Assembly (NCBI GenBank): GCA_043228905.1
Contig: JBHGNT010000021.1
Span: forward strand, 5,332,001 to 5,396,000
Source: Azolla caroliniana
Lineage: Eukaryota; Plantae; Polypodiophyta
DNA: 64,000 bases
Direction of reading: 5' to 3'
Positions 23,646-34,362 of the stretch are shown here, in pieces; position 1 is the first letter of the stretch; every line of letters begins with the position of its first letter. A program made the translations under genes and the position numbers. The notes beneath the pieces are model-generated. The model was not told the origin of the DNA and made no database searches. It saw only the letters and a program-made list of their open reading frames with translations.

Positions 23646-26433
23646 TTACGGAGAATCACTACTATAACTAATATACAATGACGATTCCTCCTCGTCATCC
23701 TCGGATGTACCAATGAGTGCATTATCTTCGTCATAAACCAACTGGTTTGACTCTAGATTATATGTCGCAGATTTTGTTTGCCTTTGACTCGAGCCACCTT
23801 GTAGACCTGATAATTTTTCTTTTATTATATCTATTGTTGACTTCCTTAATCGTCCGGCTTTTGTAAGTGTGAAGTCGTACACGATGATATCCACATCAGA
23901 GATATCAACGGTCGAGGTGTTACGAATGTTTCGCTTCCTCTTCCTACCTCCCCTTCTTGTTGGGCATTCAATCATCTCCAATGTATACTTACCTATAAAA
24001 GCATTTGCACTTCCAGTGTTGTACCAATGAACGTTTATAGACTTGATAGTGTTTTCTATTTCATGCATTAACACTTCTAGAATTTTACCAACCCAAAATT
24101 GGTGGCCATGTGAATTCTCATTAGCTGGCGTTGCAATCAACATCCCCACCGTGAGCTCCTGCAAATTGCCTTGCCATCTAGCTTTGGCTGCTTTGGTCAT
24201 CCTTGGTCCCACATAAATGTCTCTTTGTTGTGGATGGACCAAACTATCATTAATCACATTTGCTGGTTGCTCCGGAGTTCTATTTACACGATCATGTTGT
24301 AGCGACCATGTGAATGGCATTTCCAAATTCCAATTATCACCAAATACACAATTGTCTATAATTCCTTTTTTATCACTATAAAATACATCCCACCATGACG
24401 TGTCTTGTTGTGCGGCATATTTCTTGGTGGCCTCAATATGCTTTCTTTTTTCTTCTAGGGCTTGGAGCCATAACCGTTTTTGTTCCGATACCAAGTCACT
24501 TTGCAACTATCCTTTCTTCTCAATTGGCATTTGCTTAGCTCCATGGACAATTGTACTCAGCATACAAAGTAATAACTGGCAACCACCTTCAGGTTCCCAT
24601 GTTGTAGAAGATGAATATTGTTTAGCATACAAAAGTGTAGAACCACTTATTTCATTTTTCTTTATCATAAAAATGTGATTGAAGCTTATATTGTTTAACT
24701 GGGCAAGCACTTTAACATTCCCAACACCCCCATATGATATATATCTCTTAAAGTCATATACCTCCTTCAAGTGCAACACTTTTGGGCGTGGTGTATATGC
24801 ATCGGAAATGACATGAAATAGTTTAGGTAATGTGAAAGCATCATGCCGAGACAATTGTCTGGAGAATGTGCTAAACATCTTATCTATATGATCATGTGTG
24901 TGGCCAACCAAAAGAAAATTGTCTTTCACTTTCCTAAACAATCCTTGGTTGACCAACATACTTAGATAGCCAAACACAGTTGAATTTTTGTTCTGTCTAG
25001 TAGTATTGTCCAATTGAAAGTATAGAACAGGGGGGAAAGGTTGGCCCCAAGACATCAAAACTCGGTGAATCACTGTAACTGTTAGGTTAGGGCCATTGTG
25101 AACATTGGGGTATGTAATGAAGACGTGAGGTCCAATAGACCTATTATAAGACAAGCATCCCACCAAGTGCATTTGAACAAGGCACTCATCATTGTCGTCT
25201 TTGGGGAGCCTCCGCATATGCGGCAAGCACGTCTTCTTCTAGTCCATGCCATCTATCATTAAGCACATGTATTGTTCGGGCCTCTTCAAACACTTCTCTC
25301 TATGATGCATCGCCTTCTTTCGTTCTAACGATTGTGCCTCACGATGCTCTTGTAGTAACTTCTTACTCATATCCTTTTCCATTGATGTCTTTGCACCTTT
25401 AGCCAAACTTTTAAGATTTGCACAAATGGAGCAATACCCCATGCGTACTTTACGTGGAATAATAACATTTGAAAACCGAGCTCTCCATAATCTTGTGAAT
25501 TGGCTATATATGACAAACTTATTATGTGAGCCCACCATATCAGATCGATAGACATCATAAACTTCCCAACGTGTGTAATTATCAGAAAGGTGCATCCTAC
25601 CTATAGTGGGTATTGCTTCACAATTTAACTGAAAGTAACTTTTCATCCAACCAATAGCATGTCTCCCAATTGCACTTTTCATACTTGGAACCTCTTTACA
25701 ATTGAGCATTTGATCCCCGCTAAGTAGACGTTGTTGTACTCTATGTAACCGCATGTTACTAACACATAACACAATTTTGAATGCAACTCTACATATCTAT
25801 TGCGCATGGAAGATATAATACTCGAATGATACTTTGATCCCCGTACATTTGTCAAATACTAGTTGTATATGTGACGTGAGGTAAGTGTCTTGCTCATCAC
25901 CAGTCATCGAAAAAATAGTATCGCCTTAATTCTCGCAACTTTGATTTTCCAATCATAGACATACAACCACGAGCACAACATATTTTTTTGACATCAAATC
26001 GAATCTATTTATATGATGTCACCAAGTTAAATCTAGCCAGATGAATTCTTCGTGGGATTCTTCTAATATGCATAGGGCTTCCAGATTTTTCTTCCTGCAT
26101 AGAAGTTGGTGTAACCTTGTTACTATCCAATTCTTTGTTGTGACCATCGCCCATGATATTTGATGTTTCATTGGCACTACCTTCATTCTCCATATCTTTA
26201 TTAATATCGTATTCTTCAATGGAGAACTCTTCACATGTGTCATTATTCACATTCGTTGTAGGTGAAGATGAGCTCAGACAATACTCTTCGATAGAATATG
26301 GTGAGTCTGTGGACAGACAATATTCTTCAATAGAAAATGGTGAGTCTGTCAACAAACAATACTCTTCGGTAGAAAACGAAGAGTTTGATGACAAACAATA
26401 TTCTTCAATTGAGAACGGTGAATCTTCACTCAT
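23646..26433 (-). pseudogene. Sola1-like (DUF7869-type) DDD transposase, ~930 codons, with stops/frameshifts
   Basis: Collinear ORFs 26433-26005, 25772-25239, 25226-24507, 24506-23646; CSIC motif, IDGMD, QLDNTTRQNKN, FLLVGHTHDHIDKMFS. Confidence 0.8.
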
Positions 26434-27316
26434 TGCTTAAGGTCTAGACAAAGCTCTTTAAGTTATGTGCTTAGGTTATGGCAAAAAACTAATAAGCTCC
26501 TCTCTAAACATATACTCCTCTCTAAACAGAAGCTCCCTCAATATAATTTCTATATAATTTAATATTATATTAATACAATACATAAAAAATATTATTTTTA
26601 ATATAGCAATTGTATTTAACATATAATAATTACTTAAACTAGTCTATATGAAGTTAAATCAATTATAATATAATTACAATCATTAAAAAGCCATATATAT
26701 GTTGGATTAAAGTTAAAATCATTGGTTAATTAATGGCACCCAAATTTAATATAGAACTTTTTAGTCATTAGTTCATTAATGCCCACCATTTTAAATATAA
26801 GACTTTTCAATCATTGGTTCATTCATGCCCATATATTTAATACAAAGCAATTAAGAGTCATAAAAATGTTGATTTCAGTAATCAATCATTGGTTCATTCA
26901 TGAACCTCTATCATTGTTTCTCCTTCATGACCTTCAAAGTCATTGTAAGTTATTTTGACTATAAAATATTCATCAATATGTTAGTTTGACTTTGTAATCA
27001 TTAATGCAATCATAAGTTACTTTGGTTAATGTGACTGTGGTTACTAACTAACTAACCTCACGCTTGCCAACCTTGGTTACTTTAACCACTGTGGTCAATC
27101 CCTATAAATAGGAAGACCTCGTCATATTTCACTCAGATGAAACATAAGAGCACACAGAGCAAAGAGAGCAAATAGAGCACACAAAGCACGAACCACGATA
27201 GCGAGATCTCCGCCTAAAAATCGGCAAATATCAACCATGTCTTCAAAGAAAATCGAGTGCCAGGACTCTAGGTAAGCCTCTGACACTGTGGACATTTTTG
27301 TAAATATGTTTTAGCA

Positions 27317-27740
27317 TCAGGAACTCGATACGCCGTATCGAGTTCTTGTATAATATGTGTGTTTTATACAGGAACTCGATACACCGTATCGAGTTCCTGT
27401 ATTATGTTTCCGTTTTAAACAGGAACTCGACGTGACGTATCGAGTTCCTGTATAAAACACACATATTATACAAGAACTCGATACGCCGTATTGAGTTCAT
27501 GTACTATGTTTGCGTATCGAGTTCCTGTATCGATAAACGGAAACATAATACAAGAACTCAATACGGCGTATCGAGTTCTTGTACACAGTTTATATTTTCC
27601 TGCATATAGTGTGCGTTTTAAACAGGAACTCGATACACCGTATCGAGTTCCTGTGTTATGTAACTCTTTTACAGAGGAACTCGATATAGCGTATCGAGCT
27701 CCTGGATTATGTTTGTGTTTTATACATGAACTCGATATGG
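27317..27740. repeat. Array of ~33-bp palindromes (ACAGGAACTCGATAC-nnn-GTATCGAGTTCCTGT)
   Basis: About 7 full and 2 half units, mostly ~50-bp period, AT-rich linkers. Confidence 0.9.
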
Positions 27741-28113
27741 TGTCATGAAGATTTTCGGTGATAGTGTGGAAATTGTAAGGAACATTCGAAATCGAGTGTG
27801 ACTCTTCACACGAGAAAAACAAAACAATAATAGTGAAGATAATATTTTGAATAAGTTTAATATCTAGGTACAAAAAGATGGAGGTCTTCAAGAGCTTTCA
27901 AATGTGCTTTACCAAATAAAAAACGGACATCTAAGTGATGAGTTATGTGGGAGTGAAATATGAGAAGAAAAAAGAAAAAAAATAAAACTATGAGATATCC
28001 CACATAGACAAGACAAACAAGGACCCTACAATATATAAAGTAGAGCAAAAGCTATTATCTTTGTGTGTATGTGTGGAGCATAGAGAGTGGCCTAGCTATA
28101 AAACCGGCCTAGC

Positions 28114-28175
<62 letters not shown>

Positions 28176-28180
28176 TATAC

Positions 28181-28812
28181 ACAAGGAGTGCAAGTGTGGA
28201 GTTCAAATATGTTGGTATATCCAGCAGTGACACAAAAATTGCGACATGTCACCACGACAGAACGGGGACTTGTCAACCCATACCAAAAACCTCAACGACT
28301 TATGATGCGCTTGATCGAGATGTTTTCTATCGAAGGAGACTGGATATTAGATCTCTTTTCTGGCACAAGTATTCCTTGAACTAGGGTAACGATCTTGAGA
28401 TAACCAATACCGAATCTTTTTTGTTTGAGAACTAATTCTTCTTGTTACTTTCTTCACAAGAACGACGTTTGCATGTGCATTGAAGATCTTTAGAAACACA
28501 ATTGCATTGGAGAAGGAAGAGGAGCAGGTTATATTTATAAACATGAGGATTAAGGCTTTGTGGGAGTGCCCAGACCAGGACGAGGAGGTCAGTGCAAAGA
28601 ACCTCACTGATACAGAAAGGTTTCAACTTGCTTCGCGAGAGCCTATTCCTCCGTTAGCCGGGGAACCGGGGGAGCTAATAGAGCTTGATGAAGAGCTTAT
28701 AGAAGATATTTCGTTGGCTCGGCTAACAGGGGAAGCCAATGCACGTATAGCTGAAGAGACTTCTATATAGGATGATGAAGAAAATGACATTGATGAATTG
28801 ATTGCTATGTAA
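28181..28812 (+). pseudogene. Beta-class N4-cytosine/N6-adenine DNA methyltransferase (N6_N4_Mtase-like), C-terminal exons (copy 1)
   Basis: NPYQKPQRLMMRLIEMFSIEGDWILDLFSGT / intron 28369-28459 / TTFACALKIFRNTIALEKEEEQVIFINMRI fits HPTQKP...GD.VLDPF.GSGTT..AA...R..IG.E consensus; splice acceptor mutated, catalytic motif IV absent. Confidence 0.8.
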
Positions 28813-29900
28813 TAGACTCTATGAAGAAAATGAAATTGACGATATGTTTGGATTTCACATTATTAATACAAATTTTGGGTTTTACTTGGTGGATTCTATT
28901 ATTTATAATCTTCTATATGTTTCAATTTTATTTTTATATACTTGGTTAGTAGACTTATGACATTGGTTTCACCACGTGCATAGCTGACTACCAAATTTAT
29001 GGAGAAACATGAATTAGTTTGAATTGAGGTTGATTTTGGTCCAAGTTTACCTTAACATAACATGGTTGTAGAATTCTTGCCATGACTGTCCATGTTGTTA
29101 TTATGGATCTTTGTCTTCTATTGTTAAAACTATTATGTTTCTATTCCATTACTGCTTAGATTGTGTAGTGTGTTGATAATGGTTCCACTAGCGTTATTTG
29201 CATGTTTTTATACGCTTGTAGTTCCACTAGTGCTATCGTTCTGAGTTTGATCCTATGTGAATCACCTAAGCAATAGAGTAGATCAATTTTTAATACAAGT
29301 ATGAAAGCCTTAATAGGTTTGTTATTTCCAACACATTATCCTAAAGTTCATTGTCTTACATTGTCCACAATTATATACATATGTTTTGATCCCATACAAA
29401 CAAACTGAGGAATAGATTAGATCAACTTTAAATACAAGTATTGAATACTTTAATAAGTTAGTTATTCCAATCACATTATACTAAAGTGCACTATCCTACA
29501 TTGTCCACAATTATATACATGCACGTATGGGTCAATGTATAAATTATAACTCATTTTATTAGTATGGATACAAGTACACCTCATATTTTTGTAAAACTTA
29601 CGAAATTAATATAAGTCTTTAACTTAGTGTTTCCCATGTCGCACATTAGTGACATATTGAGCCATTGTTAGACTTTATTATGCCTACATTAACTTATCAG
29701 CACGTCCAAACTTGCATGATTTCTAATGATCTCCACTCGTAGACCTATCATGTATTCTTATATTTGCAAATTCTTATCAAGTTGTGGAACATGTGATACT
29801 AGTGCATCCAATTTTCTTAGAGAGGGTGTATTTGGATAGTTTCAAGAAGATTCTACAAGTGGAATGCGCAATCCTTCCACTTGTGAACGTGAACGTGTTA

Positions 29901-30574
29901 TGACAAGATGGGATATAGAATGATATTTGAAGGAATGAAAGAAACTTATAATTATTTGATGAATGAGTTACAAAATGATTGCGAGCATCGTTGAACCTTC
30001 GAGCTTTGTCTCACAAGGTAATCAATCTTGTCTTTCTTGATGGTAGACCATAGTCTTGCCTTCAATCTCTCGACAAGTATATGACTTGAACCGCCACCCT
30101 TCCGTTGCGAGTTGAGGAGCACCACCACCAAGCTAGTTCTTCTTTTCTCTTTTAAGAATACCTTTCTCTCTCTCTTTCTCTATTACAATATATCTTTCTC
30201 TAGATCCAATATAATCATTTCCATCTTATTTCTTGGTTCCCTTTGTCTAGACCTCCTCCTTTTATAGGGAAGAGATGGTTCTACATGTGGGCCATGTGGC
30301 GCACATGCAAAGAGGCTCTTGCATGTGTGCTATATGGTGCACATGTAGCACGTTTGATGGTTTAAACCATATAATACTAGTTAAAATAAAAACAAAACAC
30401 ATATTTATATACATTATAAGTATAGGCTAAATGGTAAGGTTTGAATGTCATAAGGTTGAGGTTGTTGGTTCAAGTCCTCTTTTTGCCCATGTAATTTTGT
30501 GCATGTATTATATTCCATGGTTTAGACTATAAAATACTACTTCAAATCATATATTATTTTGTAAATTATTAGTA
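29901..30574 (-). mobile_element. Second, truncated copy of LTR X (tRNA-like module at 30416-30489)
   Basis: Near-identical to 10512-11197. Confidence 0.8.
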
Positions 30575-30575
30575 A

Positions 30576-31096
30576 TGTGGATGTAACCATTGTCGCGGAT
30601 ATCCGTGTGGATGTGTTGAAAAGGGGGCGGGATCACTAGGGTCTCGAACCAAGGAACCACCCTTTGAATGTCGAACGGTAAGCGCACGGGCTTTGAGATG
30701 TGTATTGTTCCGGACCTGTTGTCAGGTAGCAAGCAATGAGTTCACAGGTTCACACACTCGGTTATGCACACATAAACAAAAGGGAACGAAGATTAGAACA
30801 CGAGCAGAGACAGGGAAAACAGAAAATCTAGAAACAACAAGGTAGCTCCCCACACTCACACAAACGCTAGCGAGGCTTCGATCGAGAGCACATGGGCTAC
30901 CAACACAAAATGGAGGCCTCACTCAGTTCAGGAACACTTCGTTCTCCTAGATCGTGGATCCCTATCTCTGTCTTCTCTATAGTAGCACTTTATAGCTCAA
31001 GGAGAGAGAGAGAGGAGTCCTTACATCATGTCGTTAAGAGAACCGCTTTCTCCTTGATTCTCTCCTCGATCTCCTCACATCTATCAATGTTAAACA
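30576..31096 (-). mobile_element. Probable solo LTR of another family
   Basis: TG...CA ends coincide with truncation points of LTR X and of the Sola-like left TIR; minus-strand TATA; no TSD. Confidence 0.45.
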
Positions 31097-34000
31097 CAAA
31101 TGGAAGGATAAGGAATATTCCGTCTAATTTGGGCCCTTTTTGGCCATTTCAAAAACACCTTGATACTAGTATCACATGTTCTCAAAAACTTCATGAAAAA
31201 GTTGAAATTTTTACCATTTGGTAAAATTGAATCATGCCAAATTTTGGCCAAATACGAAAAGTAACTTTGCATATTTTTAAGGAGAAATCAAAACTAATAA
31301 CTTTTTAGATCTTAAAGAAATCATAAGGGAAAGATTTTAAAACAATCAAATTCTTTTTTTTTTTTCCAAAAATAAAACAATCAACTTTTTTATATCATTC
31401 GATAAAATGATGTCTAAATCTGTTACATATCATTCCACAAAATATATATTTAGGAGTTATTTGCATCATAGTACGTAAAATTCGTGTTCGTCTAGCATAA
31501 CATTCATTTTCCTACGTTGGAAAATGAATGAGAATGTTATTCAAACATTCTTGTGTTTTTTTTTTGTTTTTTTCCCATTTTTTAATCTTTTTTTTTGTTT
31601 TTTCCCATTTTTTGGCTTATTTACCTCATAATAAATAGTTAATCCAAAAGTATGGTATTTATCATTCTTTGAGGGCGTTTTCCTTGCACGAATGTTTCAA
31701 TCATTCGCGAATGCGAATGCATGTATGGTTCATACTATGATTTGCATCACTATGATTTGTACTTTCATGCGAGTCACAACTATAGCTAATATATAATTGT
31801 GACTCTTCCTCCTCATTTTCAAATGTACCAATCAAAGCATTGTCATTATCTAAAACCAAATGGTGTCTCCAAATTTTGTGCACTAAATCAAGTTCGTCTT
31901 CAATCTAAGACACCTTCTAGACTTGGTAATTTCTCTTTTATTATGTCTATCGTTGACTTCCTTAAACGTCCAACTTTTGTTAGTGTATAGCCATATCCAC
32001 CAGACTTTTGCTCGTTTTGTCATCCTTGGTCCCACGTAAACGTTTCTCTATTGTGGATGGACAAACTATCAAGATCAACATTAGATGCTTGAAGTGGTGA
32101 TTGAGAACTAGGCGAATATATTTATAGACCATGTAAATGACATTTCCAAGGTCCAATTACCATCGATACAATTATTTTTAAAACCGAGATTTTAGTACAA
32201 TCCATAAAATGTAACAAATTCATATTTTTTTTTAAATTCGGGAAAAAAAAACTTTACAGATGAATTCAATACATTTTCATCACAATTCAATACAATGTAT
32301 CAAGTATGTGCACTATAACGAGTTGCAGTCCAAACTTCATACATTGTAACGAGTTGCAGTCCAAACTCCATACATTGTAACGAGTTGAGGCTCCTAGGTG
32401 CACCAACTTGATACAATGTATGGAGTTTCCATTGCATATGAGCTACCCTCTGTACAATGTATGGAATGGAGGTATTCATGGACAAAACCAAGGGTTGTGT
32501 AATCTTTAGTTGTATTAGTTACCAAAAAACCCTGAAATTAATCTCAACAAGCTAATTTAAATAGAAACTTTAGACCTCAAAATGAGAGATTTTAGATAGG
32601 GTTGTGATTCACAGATGATGCTAAAGTATAGGTTTTATGGCCTTTTTTCACCATTTGCCTTTTTTTTCTATATTTGAAGGCCCAATAATAACGTGAACCT
32701 TAGCGTAACGTTGATGTTTTTGTTAGTGAAATATAGGTCTACGGAGCCTCTGGACGAGAGACCAATTAAAAAAATTCGAATCAAATATTTGAGCTCACCC
32801 GTTGAGACCACCCAAATCCCTGTCATCACCTATCCCCAAAAAGGAAAAAAAACTATTATTTGACGATGATATTGCTGGGTAGCCTTTTGATGAGGTTAGT
32901 CAGAAGAAAATTGTGGATGTAGTAGGAGGGGAAACCCTTGCAAATAGACATATGACCAACTATGAGTGGGCAATGACATTGAGTGGGACTTGGCAATCCC
33001 TATGATAAGCCTCACCGTCTGATGATGCACCTGGTGGAAATGTTCTCTAATCAAAATAATTGGATACTAGATTTGTTTTTTGGCACGAGTATGTTTTCAA
33101 TTCATTGTCCCAATTGCTTGATGAAACAAATTACATTGTTGAATTGTTATGTGAATCATTCTCTAAGGAAGACGAAGACAATGATGTAGATACTTGCATA
33201 GCTATGTAAACCATTTTTATCTCGATACAATTGATGTAGTTGTCATAAAAGTTTTTCTTTTAATCAAATATTTACTTTTTTTTTTAAGGTTCTATCTTAT
33301 CAATGTGGTCCTATAGATGTTTGTTGTAATGTTCCAATTATTTGTATTATACAGTGTTTAATGTTTGAATTATTTGGTTGATGTTCTTTTTTTGTTGCAT
33401 GATCTTATTATTAATTGTAAATGATGTTTTGATCTATATTCATTCTTTATAACATTAATCTATCTATATCCATTGAAACATTTATTTGTTTTATACAGTG
33501 TATAATGTTCGAATTATTTGTATATGTGCTTTATCTTTGTAGCACCAACTGATTATTATGTGCACATGAGTGTATATTCATTCATTAGAGCATTAATTTA
33601 TATGCATTTGCTAAAAATTTATTCCATATTCATCAATGAAACATTACTTCATATTTATCCACCAATCGGGTTTATAGTCCCTAAACCCGTTTCGTTTACT
33701 GTCAATCACATTTTGAATTAAAACATACTTTTATAGACACTTAAAACTTTACAATTTTATTGTCTTCCTTATTTTGAAATATTGCCAATAGTTGGATTGA
33801 AATATACATTAATAGCCATATGTCCATTTAGGGTTTCTAATTATGATCCATGGTTGTAGGTGTTCTCATTCCTTTGTATATATAGCTATTTATGGGTATT
33901 CACCAAATATCATGAGTAATCCTTGGTATGTTTGGGTGTGTCCTTTTGCTTCGGGGTTTATGGGTGTCTCTTCTTATACACATTTCTTATTCACCATTGA

Positions 34001-34362
34001 CAATTGAATGTTGTCTCTATTTTGGCTCCCAATTATTTAGCATGTTTATGGCCGAATAGCTATGATACATGTTTGATTGTATCTATTTTATGATAAATAC
34101 AACCAAAACGAATATTTGTATAATTTGCTTGGGTTCTCACAAACGAATATTTGAGATCATCGACTTTAAATATTTTTCTGAAAACTACATGTTCTCTATT
34201 TAGAGGCTTGTTACATATTAATAATTTAGCAAATTCTATATAGGTGGTTGATGATGTGCTACTAGTGCACCCAATATTTCATAATAGCCTAAATTTGTAC
34301 TACTACAAAAGGAATCTAAAAGTGGAATGCGTGATCCTTCCACTTGTGAACGCGAACATGTT
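31095..34362. mobile_element. Internally deleted copy 2 of the Sola1-like/MTase transposon
   Basis: Left end CACAAATGGAAGGATAAGGAA; transposase C-terminal remnant ~31740-32175 (-); MTase remnant 32985-33209 (+); right TIR 34334-34362. Confidence 0.75.
32985..33209 (+). pseudogene. N4/N6 methyltransferase remnant (copy 2)
   Basis: GLGNPYDKPHRLMMHLVEMFSNQNNWILDLFFGT followed by GTATG donor; acidic tail ending IAM*. Confidence 0.7.

Larger units (their letters stand above)
23311..29899. mobile_element. TIR DNA transposon (copy 1, 6.6 kb): Sola1-like transposase and divergently oriented N4/N6 DNA methyltransferase gene
   Basis: 29-bp TIRs 23311-23339 and 29871-29899 match 27/29 (AACACGTTCACGTTCACAAGTGGAAGGAT); TSD not resolvable. 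Confidence 0.8.

Noticed and set aside
27317-27740. CRISPR array
   Set aside because: Eukaryotic context, no cas genes, linkers short, irregular and re-used in inverted form
28181-28812. Bacterial contaminant or restriction-modification operon
   Set aside because: Gene has a spliceosomal-type intron, lies among plant TEs in three copies, and no endonuclease partner is visible
30630-30660. Fourth B-box module (GGTTCGAGACC, minus strand)
   Set aside because: No convincing A-box, and it has the opposite geometry (U5, sense)
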